Source: Trichoplax adhaerens (taxonomy: Eukaryota; Animalia; Placozoa). Taken from it: 64,000 nt of DNA. The notes under the pieces were generated by a model, which worked only from the letters and a program-made list of their open reading frames with translations, made no database searches and had not been told where the DNA came from. Location: assembly GCF_000150275.1 (NCBI RefSeq), contig NW_002060944.1:4530123-4594122 (forward strand), written 5' to 3'. The position numbers and the translations under genes were made by a program. Of the stretch, positions 12,201 through 23,896 are shown one piece after another. Positions within the stretch are counted from its first letter, which is position 1. Each line of letters starts with the position of its first letter.

Positions 12201-15200
12201 AGTAATGTGAGATAGGTTTATCGATTAAATATTCTTACAAAGGTCGTAACGATACGTCATGATGTGCTGTAGGATAGTTAGTGAGCAAGATGTGAGAGTT
12301 TTTACTCTGGCTTGGAGCCCTTAAAAAATCGTTAACCCTTCTTTCTCCTGAATATTTATGCATAGTAGAAATCTCGTCATTTTAATAAGGAGATTCCGTA
12401 ATTAGTTAATAAGGGCTTTGCTACTCTATTTTTTACTTTTGTCAAGAAATAGACCTCGACTGATTGATTACAAATTTAAGAGCTTTGGGCGGTGCTGTAA
12501 TAAAGTTCTAACTTATCAGACAATTACAGCATCATAGAATGGCATACAGGCAATATAATGAATTTTCTACAATGCTTCAAATTATCCATTTATCTGTTTG
12601 TGATACTGTTAAAAACGCCCAAAAAGATATAAGGCACTTTCACCTTTCATAACACGCAATGTAAATTTAGTTGAGCCCAGCTATTATAACTTTTATAGCT
12701 TTTTATAGATCTTAAATCATGGAACAGGAAGTGGCTACATAAATAAGCCATTCGAAGTATTTCATATTCTACTACATAAAGTACATATAGGTAAATATGC
12801 TGTTATCGTACAATATGTGTAGTGATCTTGGTTTACTTATAAAGACGATTATATAAACGAAATTCTTCTTCAGTATCGAGAATGACATATGTATTCGTAG
12901 CATTCAAAATGAGCTGCTTAGTAGCAGTAGCATTTCGATATGTTGCAACTATACAGCTCTCATTAGCGTATTAGGACAAGTTTAGGTTTTATTAAACACA
13001 TCCGAACGTAATGTTAAAAGTGGATTACTGTTTAAACAATAAATCATACTGTACAATAGCTGCTTGACGACAACATGAAAAAATCGATCATGTTTTAATT
13101 TCAAATATGTACGTAGTACTCTTTTGTGAATAGTGTTTGTGTCATCTTACACTATTATTTTATTTTTTTACTATCGAAATTAGAAGAAAAATTGACGGTA
13201 TCTTAGGAATGGCAGAAAGTATGCTTAATAATTGTTCTAGTTGTATAATTATTATTAATAAAATAAACTACATTATATGATGTTACGTAATAAGATAGCT
13301 TAGTAATACAAAGTACTCCAAGTAGAGCACGTATTATGGTGCTCATGTGACTGTCAAATGCCTTGTGAATAAACCAGTATAGAAAAAATAAAAATGTTGA
13401 ATAAAATATTAGCTAAAGCTTAATTAAAGATAGGCTTAGATCTGGCAAATTGCGCAATTGCAAATGCAGTAATTTCATGTATTGTGTTGCACGCTGTATG
13501 AAACCGGAAACCCAGTGTGTGTAAATAAATTCTTTCTTTCATTGACGGTATCCTGATTAGCGATTTATCGATATTTTTGATTTTGGTTTAAGCTTACTAT
13601 TCGTTTTTAAGGAAGTCTGTTGCGTATTTTATAGGTTTTCACCTGATGCATGGAATTGATTGATTTTGATATAGCTTTATTTTCTTTATTCGTAATGAAA
13701 TTACTGATCAAATTTACAGTTAGTTATGGAGTTTTTGGCTAACCCTCTTACACTTAGCCGTCGGCTATTAATAGCAGAGTTAGCAAGGTTACCCGTAGCT
13801 CAAGGGTTACTAAACTTGGTATGTAACTCTTTTTCTAATTGATGGCTTGTACTGTATTGTATAGTAATTAATTAATTATTAATATAACTATCAATACCTA
13901 GTTCTAAGATTATCCAATGAATTGATTGGAAAAGACGCTAGCATCCTAACTCATGATACTGAAATTGATGACAGCCGCTACCATAGCATTTAAATATGCG
14001 TATTCTATATGAACCAGAATGGTACTAAAATTAATCCCGTTATACTAACAGATTTTACTTACTTTGGATTGTAGAAACTATATTTCAAGTAGTATAGTAT
14101 AAACTACTATATAAAATGTGAGCATGCAGGCTGATAAAAAATGATGCCTTTCTAATTTGAAGGTCAGCTTATCATATTGTACAGCAGTGTCAATACTAAT
14201 TTACATTCCCTACTTGTAATTCTCCTATCTATAAATTTTTTATCAGTATATAGTACGCGTATTCTACTGGATTTTCACCGTAAAAATGCGAAAGCCTCAT
14301 TGATTTTAATATAATGAAGCCAATCATAGTTATAGTGGATAGTTATTAAAACCGAATCAACCCTGATGATGATAAAATCCAAAACCGTAATTATCAGTAA
14401 GAGCTTTCGATTTACTCTATGCGCATCAGTTTATATACTTAATGCTATACTCACAGCATTACAGCGAAAGAGTAAATTGTGTCGGAGTTGAAAGCCATTG
14501 CAGAAGTTTTTTATTAATACGCATCGACTTTGACGTCCAGAAAAAAATTCCGCTTGAGATTTGGTATACTGTACATACGTGCACCCTCACTATAACTTGC
14601 AGTACAATTTACTGGGCAAGCATATGGTCAAAACATCGTTTTACAAAGTTCCTAAAATGTAATAATTTTAAGTAAATTTGTAATCTATATCTCATCTGAC
14701 TTTAATGGTAACAAAAATTACGTAACAAATTGGAAACTTTTGCCATAACTGTTTATAGGGAATGAATGGTGTTGTTCCACTAATAATGGGGCTGTAGGAT
14801 GACCATGGACTCACTCATTTGATCTGACTTTTTTAGATCACGTAAAGCGGAAGATGTAAAAAATAGAACTTTAGCAAATGGATGTTTTGTGTCTGTTTCT
14901 TCTTCCCGACTCTTAATTCAAAACATTTATGACGTTCAGCAATTTGCTTTCAAGCAGAACATATTAAAATATATATATAAAATAGAATAGGTTTCCATAA
15001 ATTATTTCATTTCAAAATAAGTCAATTAAAAACGAAATCGAGCATCTTCATACTGAGGCTATAACAAATACAAGTGTTTGGAACAGTTATTACAGCCATT
15101 TAACCTAAATGACTTATGAGGGTATATGTCCGACTGTCCGAGGACCTGTCTGGTCCGGTCCAGCACTACTGTATCTATACTAGTCCATATCTGTAGCAGC

Positions 15201-15358
15201 AACTTCTAGTCAATTAGTCTGTTGGCTGTAGAAACAAGTAAGAACATCTCAAATAAGGAAAGTTTCTTGGCTTCTTTGCTTGACATTGTGGCTGAAATGG
15301 TTGTAAAACCTTTATCCGTTTTAGCTTCTTAACTTGAGTAGTATGTTTATACAATATA

Positions 15359-17124
15359 ATGGCAGAAGATAATACATTCGATAACTGGGTATCATTATTC
15401 TCTCATCGCGGGAGTTATGACCCTCTTCGGGCTGGCAGCATCGATGGAACTGACTCTCTGGCCCATGATAGGGCTGTTATTCGAGCCATGACTTCAAGAT
15501 GTAAGAGGCTGCAGACTTGTTCTACAGGACATGTGTTTTATACTATCCATAATGTTGTTTGTATCGCATTTCATCCAACTTTCAGATTATTAACTTCTTT
15601 AGCACTGTAATATAATCGTCTATGAAATCAACCGAATTGATAGTAACATATTCGAGATGTGATGCGTTGTGCTCTCTATTAGCATCCGTATTACAATCGA
15701 ATGACATCGAAAAGAATCTCTTACATCATTTTGCGTATATCTACTTTAGATAAACCCAATACCTTGGTAGCAACTGATCCAAACAGAACACTCTTTATTG
15801 GAAGGTTAAACCCCAAAACAACAGAAGGTAAGGTATTGGATGACACTGCATGAATCGTTATCATGAAGAATGAATGAAATAACGGTTTAAGAGATATCCA
15901 TTAAAGGAACATTCATATTAAATTGATTAAAGATGATTTTCGTATACATAAAACAAGACTAAAATAATACATTAAATCTAACACTGATATATAATAGTAA
16001 CCCATTAGCTGTTTCAGACTTAGATGCTAATTTTTTTCTATCTTCTGTAACCAAAAATGTTGAATAGATACGCTAATGAAAATTTTCTCAAAGTATGGTA
16101 AAATAAAAAGTTGTCGGCTTGTAAGGGATGTTGGTAAGAGATCCAAGTTTTATAGTATAGCAGTAATGAATATGTTACTGTTTAATGTTACACATTTTAA
16201 ATGGGTATAACGGTAAATTTGGCAAATGCTATAGATATGCCTAACGTTGTACATTTCCCTATCTTTATATAGTGACAGGCATTTCGCGGCGGTATGCTTT
16301 TATTGAATTTTGCGATGACAAAAGCTATGACGTGGCTTTTCATGTGTGTATATTACACTATGCGTATACCTTTCTATCTTAATTAAAGTTCTGCTAGAAA
16401 ATACTAATCGAAATACTTTCAATTTACCGAAATATTTAAGCTGTTAATGCATAGAATTACATTTATTAATAAGTATAAAACATAAAATAGAAAAGATTAA
16501 TTGAAATCAGTTGATCATTCATCATTCATGTAGGACGCGAATAAGATGATGATAGATTCTAGTGAAATAATTGTCGAGCATGAATATGAGAGAAAATTAA
16601 AAGGATGGATTCCTAGAAGATTAGGTAGTGATAAAATTATGTTATGAATTGTATAACTAATCAAGAACTGTTATAGGCAATGTTTTAAAAGGAAACTTTA
16701 AGAATTTTTACCTAATAGTATAAGCACATTTCTAAATCTACTTCAACACAAGGAGGTGGAATCGGCGGTAAGAAAGAATCTGGGCAACTACGTTTTGGTG
16801 GAAGAGATAGACCTTTCAGGAGACCAATGTAAATGAATATTTTTTCATTACATATTACCCATTTTTGTTACTGTGTCTTTATAGGCGTTACTGTTAGTGA
16901 CGATCTTGTAGTTATACACATTTTCTTGCCCAGTTTTTACCATTACCTAATTGCAGCATGCATTAATGCTTTGTAGTCATGTATTCCGAGAAGACTCTGG
17001 TAAATTTAAACAAAGGTCGCAAGACAGCTATTCTCGGGATGACCACAACATGTCCAGTTCATATAGGAAAGACAGAAAATCTGATAGCTATAAGAAACAT
17101 TCTTCATTCAATAGGCGCTATTAG
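15359..17124 (+). CDS. SNRNP35: U11/U12 snRNP 35-kDa protein (RRM), 7 coding exons
   Basis: Exons start at about 15359, 15750, 16068, 16273, 16534, 16753 and 16977. Diagnostic peptides: [78 protein letters not shown]. Stop TAG at 17122-17124. Confidence 0.95.
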
Positions 17125-17649
17125 CACTAATGATATCTTTAATAATATACATTAAGATACTGTATTATTTCCTAGTGAGGTTAAAATTGTTTAAAGTGAT
17201 CTTAAAAGTGCTAGCAGGCATATAAGCATCACCTTGTAAAATGTATATACATCATGTTTTAGATATAAAAAATAGACTATTACTGAAAGACACCATTGTC
17301 TAATAACCTTGGTCTTACGACATATCATAATGACGCAGATTTTTGATTTAAGGTACAGCTTCGCGCCTTATATTTTACTGTGCCTCATACTCGTTTTAGA
17401 GAATTTAATCGAAATCGGATTTAAAGCGATAGACAATTGGATACGAAAGCATATTGTAAAACTTGTTTATTTATCATTTCATTTTGTGTAATGTATGTAT
17501 AACTGAACTTCACAAGCGTATTTACATATCAAGTTCCGTAGCATTATTCAAATCATTGGTATGTTTAGATAGAAATCATTATTGGACTGAACCTACTTTA
17601 GAATACATTTTCGGTTATGCAAGCCAAGAGTGACATTTGCTTGAAGTGT

Positions 17650-18645
17650 TTATGAACAGCATATTAACTGATATAGCTTGACTCGAAAACGATGGCAGAG
17701 AGAAGCATAAAGAATAGGATTAATTGCTGCGTTAGCATAGTAAAGAAAAGTACAAACTACGTGAATTGCTGCTAATTCTCTCTTAGTATCATTAGAGATC
17801 GGAACTATGAATGCTATAACAATATCGTATATCCTTGTTGGTATAAAACATATTACGTAAGCTATGGCCAAAGCAGTAGTTAATTTCAATAATCGAAATT
17901 GTACTGGACTAAATACTTTAACTGGTGTTTGGCCAATGTTAAATGAGCTGCTTTTCGATAACGATGACGCTAACCCACCTTTCATCATTCGAATTTTGTT
18001 AAATTTCTTTTGTACCTTGTAGCCCATTAATAAATTTGTAAACACTATCCAAACCAGTGGTAATACAAAACTGAGCATATTGATGGAAATATAAGATACT
18101 ATCTTTGAGGTATCGGATGGAAATGCTTGTGTGCATATTGTTAGGTTGCTTGAAATAGTGACAGTATTAGTAAAAATTAACTCAGGTACAGCAAGTAAAC
18201 ACGCAAATAACCAAATCATTGCAATAATTATAGCCGCTCTTTTTTCAGTAAATGTCTTTTGTAAGCTATTCTTTACAGTAGTATAGCGATGATAGCTTAC
18301 AGCTACAATTGTATATCCAATAACTGTGCTATGAATGATCATCAAAGCTAGGAATAACTTACAAACTGATATGCCCATATGAACGTTTTGATTTTGTTTA
18401 TATGATAAATAATAACTTATTTGGACAGGGATATTATAGCAAAGACATAACAAATTAGCTAGCATAACATTCATATGGAAGTAATTATTAATAGATCTCA
18501 TATTAGGAGTTGTAGCATAAAAAAATAAAACTAATAAATTCATGATAAGACCGACTACAAAAATAATTGATAATAGAATGATAATAATATTGATATTCGT
18601 TGGAGATAACTCAAGAAAAATTTGAGTTGCCACAGATATCTTCAT
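17650..18645 (-). CDS. Intronless class A (rhodopsin-like) GPCR, peptide-receptor-like
   Basis: 331-aa ORF with seven hydrophobic segments: GLIMN (TM1), LANLL (TM2), the TM3 cysteine and HRY, IW..A..LAVP (TM4), an ECL2 cysteine, FVLP (TM5), CFIP (TM6) and NAAINPILY (TM7). Confidence 0.95.
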   Translation of the reverse strand: MKISVATQIFLELSPTNINIIIILLSIIFVVGLIMNLLVLFFYATTPNMRSINNYFHMNVMLANLLCLCYNIPVQISYYLSYKQNQNVHMGISVCKLFLALMIIHSTVIGYTIVAVSYHRYTTVKNSLQKTFTEKRAAIIIAMIWLFACLLAVPELIFTNTVTISSNLTICTQAFPSDTSKIVSYISINMLSFVLPLVWIVFTNLLMGYKVQKKFNKIRMMKGGLASSLSKSSSFNIGQTPVKVFSPVQFRLLKLTTALAIAYVICFIPTRIYDIVIAFIVPISNDTKRELAAIHVVCTFLYYANAAINPILYASLCHRFRVKLYQLICCS

Positions 18646-21600
18646 GCTGATACTTTTAAAAGAAGTATAAAAGGTTATAAAACAAATGAATCTACAATAA
18701 AAAGTTTAAAGTTGTCAAAAGACAGTGCAATACGATGTGAAATGACAAGACCGATGAAATGATATAGCCGATTAGGTTAGGACAAGTAGGTGATATGATC
18801 ATGTAAATAAATAGTAAGCAAGATTACTGTATAAAATTATTTTATCATTTCCAGCGGTAAAAGTTTTGATATAAGTAAATGGTATAGCAAATAGATACAG
18901 AAGATAATCAATAGGAAAATGACTTAAGATATACCAGTGAAATAAGAATCAGGATTATACTAATTCTTGTATTGATAAATTTTATGAATAGTATTAATAA
19001 CGTCAATCGTTTTTAGAATGGAAAGAACCAAAATGAATTTAATTTTACGCTATTTACCACCAGAGAAATTGATCATTACAGCATCAGTATATGTTGTCTG
19101 ACTTTTCTATAATGTATGATCGATAATGTAGTTAATATCGTTGCTAAAAGATTAACTCTTGACCAAGATCGTCTTCTTCTGAAAAATATTAATGATAATT
19201 TTCAGATTGAAGTTCCACTATTTATAATCCAGCAGCCTTGGTGATTTAGGTATCATTTGACTGTTATAAGTATTGCTATTGTTTTATTACCTTATATCAA
19301 GAATACTACGAATAATTAATCGATTATTGACATGTTGGCCTTAATAACTAAATTGATTGTATCATTATTTTTTGTTATTATCAACATCACGTTAGCATAT
19401 GCTTTATATTATTTCATAGAATAGCGTTATCTTGAATTTTAAATATATTATTACTATACTATGTTTGGCTGACGTCAATCAGGTTTGAAGTCGTCATTTA
19501 CATGATTTGTAGGCATTAGTAAGACTAGTACTGTAAGCTATTAAACTAGTGATTTTTTCATATGTTTTAATAATTTGATTGTTCTCATGATTTTATTAGC
19601 GTTAGCTTAAAACAACTGTTCATTTAAATCGTATTGAAATTTCCTAGTTTACTTATGTCATACGATGTTCGTCGTATCGAATAATGATGTTGTTTGTTAC
19701 AATAGCAGTGGTCATGCTTTAATGAAAAACAATATTTGTGCAAATATACAAAAGCTTTATTCTCTTCATTCTATTCCATACTATAGATAAAATTTTATAG
19801 GAAATTACGTATAAAGTTGTGGTAGTTCAAAGGTACTATAGTTTTTAAAGCTGATGGCATCATAAAATGCTATACAAAGATATACGGTATTATTTAAGTA
19901 AATTCTAGATTGCGTAAAAATTAGATTCTTCGAGTACAAGTAGATTGAAGAAGATAGGAAACTCAGTTTGATATCGAGTAGTCATACTTTTCGTCTATCA
20001 TTTGATAATTTTTACCTAGATTCTTTAGGGAATTTTGAGTTAGAAAAGTTGTTTGGAATCTGGTATTTGTAACAAATGTATGAATTGGTATATGGATATG
20101 ATTTCCATTGGGTATTGTTAATTCTTATTATGAATAGCTCACATATTGTTAACATATTGCCTTTTTTACTTACATCCTTGGTATAAGCTATCATTTGATT
20201 CAACACCTGATCAAAAGTAGAGTAATACGTCGTATTAAATCAGCGGATTAGGGATCCTTCCTTAATTAACTATAATCTGCAAACCTTTCCACTATGTTTC
20301 TTAAGATAACGATTATCGAATTTCAAATGTGATTACTTCATATTTTTAGCTTTCTTATTACTACGGTTCTTTTCTTGAGCACCACCCTTAAATTTAGTTA
20401 TGTCGTATTGTCAGGATGACTTACTGTATATATACGAGATAGAGAATTTTATACGAAAAATGAATGATTAGTTACAGTCCAGTTTTATCAGATCATATCA
20501 ATTTTCTTCCATTTAGGAAAGATAGTTAATACTATTAACCTTTTAATTTTTAATGATAAATGTAGCCTGAAATTGATCATAATATCGATTTAAGGTGATC
20601 AACAACATATATTCTCAAGTTATACCATCGTAATCTTTCATGAGTAAAGTAAAGGTGACGGATTGCGATGAATCGAATCTTACACTCCCTGGGTGTACAG
20701 AAGATTATATCTATTGTAAATATAATCGTATCTACTCAAATAGTATCACGCTTTAACGTACGTTATAACATCATCGATGAAATATTTGTTTACTTAGCTA
20801 TTTAAATGCAGTCACATTAAATGCGGGTAATGTTTATGTTGCTACCTATAAAATTATTATGTTCCCAATGAGGAATCTGAGAACTTGTAATATTTATTTA
20901 AATTAAGTCCAGTAGCGATATGTACTTAAAGACGTAAATGAAATCGTCAGACAAGTTAGCACACGGAGGTAAATAGAGACACTAATCAGTTGATACCTAG
21001 TAATGTAGACTGTAGTATAATGTAAAAGTAGTAAAAAAATGTCGCAATAAGAAATTTATGATGCACAATATTTATTGTTATAATCTATGAGCTGATGTAC
21101 CTTATTTCGTCAAAACTTTCGTTATGATATTTTTAAGACTGAAGTTTGTATATGTTATATTGCTTCCTAAAAGTTGTTAGTATTTACGTGTTTGCACTGC
21201 AAGGATAATTCTATGTGGATTTCTTGTAAATAGGAAGAATTTGCATACTAATTTCTTGGCTATCAGCTTTCTACTACACTATTGGTCGCCTTTTATAATG
21301 GGAATAGCAATAATGGAAATATTTTTGATACAACTGCTACTTTTATATCATGCCTTGTATAAGCCGAGTAGCATCTACTTGTTTGAATTTATGGAAGGCG
21401 GAATTTGTACTTTTATATACTGTATGAACCTTTGCCACAAAATAGAAGTTTTTCCGTACTTTATTTTATAGAAAATTATCTTGATAAAGGAATAATTGCT
21501 ATTGTGCAGTATACGAGATTGCACAAGTGTCGATTTATAATCTAATTTAGCTCAGACTATTTTATGGGCCTATTTAAATGTTGTTTTCAAAATTGCATGG

Positions 21601-23544
21601 AAATTTTTTTTACAAGTTAAGTGTTCAATGGTACAATAGCGTATATAGGACATGTAATATACAAAGCAGCTCTAACTTAGATGCAGAGTTTAAATTGTAA
21701 ATACTCATGACAGGTGCTTGCATACCTATATGCTGTATTGTAGCAAATGGAGGTTTTATAAGCGGACATGTAACGCGCGATGATTATTAGTCACCGTACT
21801 AAGGCACTGCAGAGTTGTTTATGCTTATAAGCAATAAAGGTGTGATGACTAATAGGGAAACTTATGCTTAAGAAGTAACGTAATATTGTATCGATCGATA
21901 ACAATCCTACTTTTAATTAATTATTGTTATGTCTTTGTCATTTTTCGATACATTATTACATTTGATTAATATGATTTAGCTACTCCAGACTACTATTATA
22001 AGTTATAGTTTACAAAAATATAAAAGTACAACATCGCAAATTTGATATTGCAATTTTCAATTGATACTAATATGTGCATAACGTAATATACGAATATTTT
22101 GTATACCGTCTAGCATACTGTGAGTATATCAATTATATATGCTTTCAAAATGTCGAAAAGAATAGTTATTTACAAATTCTTTAAGAGTTAAGGATTCGAT
22201 TTGTGAACGCAAAAGTCATGATTGAGCATGAACAGTCTGTTACGATGTAAGCTATACAGCCATAGGATACCTATTGCATCCGTTATGCCATCAATATCAT
22301 ACGTTATCACTGCGCTACGACGTATACAATATCAGCCTGCCGTAGCAGTTTGCTTAAAAAGATCCAATCATTTCGACATGTAGTACGCGTAATACCGTTG
22401 AGCATTTTGAAGGCTTCAACGAATTCGATTATTATTCGCTACATTGTTGTGTACTGTACAAGTGTACATGTATTGGTGTGGATGTGGACTTATAGAGTTA
22501 GTCCTACGGTACGACTTGAAGATAGTATGGATTGAAAGACTGTAGTATTTACTTCTATAATTTAGCATTAATGTTATCAATCAGAAAAACTTGGTTGTAT
22601 TTGAACAATCATTGGATTGCAGCATAACCAGTCTACAGTAGATAACCGTTAATTAATGGCGATTGCTAACAATTTGGTATTGAGCTAGGGGCGATTTTCG
22701 ATCGAGGTCTTTTGTAACTTTGTAAACTTGAAGGTCTCTGTACAATGATCTGCTGTAACTGTAAATGTGGCAGAAAATGAATGAACTACTTGCTGATGTA
22801 CACCTGGGCCGGCGTACTAATCATTCCGGGTTCTAATTTAGTTCCTGGTACTCTTAATATAGTAACCTAAGTACGTGACTCAAGTTTTACCGTACTCGAT
22901 TATTTCCTCAAGATTGAATTAATTAAATCCACTTTTATATAAGAATTCAAATATAGCCTGTACAATATGCAAGGAAATGACTTTTATGTCCATCGTTCCT
23001 ATTAAGACGTACATATAACTTATTGGTGAAATAAATTGGAAGTATTGATTAATTGATGTTTACGTAGCGATAGTAAAAATGGATTAGTTGATTTTTAAAT
23101 GAATAAAATCTAGCCTCTTATACTGTAGTTGTAGATCGCTTCCAGTTGATATGTTCCCCTAGAAATAGATGATGGTCAGTTTGAAGTCATGCTGTAGGCA
23201 AATATGCAAGAGGACAAGCCTCACTTGCAGCATTTTACATTCACATTGGAAATTGCGTTTTATACTACAGAATCTGCAGGATAGGACTGCAATGAGGTAG
23301 CTCGTATCGTGCTATTCTCGTGCTACTAGAGTAGTTCCCCATTTCATAAAGTCTCGTTAACTGGATACCTTCAACATGGATAATCAAAGGCATTCAGTCG
23401 TGTTGACGTTTGCTGTTTAAACTTGTGGGCAACAATAACGTAAATGAATTAACATGAAAGAGATGGACCAAATCTCTGTAGGACTGCTGAAGAAAAGAGA
23501 GTGAGTGGACTCCGTGGATGAATGATGCAATGGTAGTGTCTGCA

Positions 23545-23750
23545 GCACAGTGTATAGTACTGTATGCTGCACTATACTGTACACTGTACACTGTAAAGCA
23601 CAGTGACATGACAAACAATTTGATACAGTATGTATTGCCCTGCCTACAGTACATACACTGTACTGTATTATGGGGAACAAACGTCACAGAACGCTACTAC
23701 AGTACAGTACAGTATACAGTACAGTACATGTACAGTACAGTACTGTAGCT
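23545..23750. promoter_or_regulatory. TACAGTA/TACTGTA-rich island upstream of ATF6
   Basis: agtacagtacagtatacagtacagtacatgtacagtacagtactgtag, about 150-350 bp before the ATG at 23897. Confidence 0.5.
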
Positions 23751-23896
23751 CTAATGCATTGTTATAAAAGGATTCTCATTTTAGGGGTCTTTGACGCAAA
23801 GAGAATTTCCAAAGAAAGGGCAATAGAGAAGGAAGCAGTCGTACTGGACCGTAGAAGTTGAAATTAATTCCCCAAATCCCAAAGTCGAATTAAATC

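Noticed and set aside
13548-13556. U12-type 5' splice-site-like GTATCCT (also gtatccttt at about 51110)
   Set aside because: Neither lies at the boundary of a supported exon on the correct strand.
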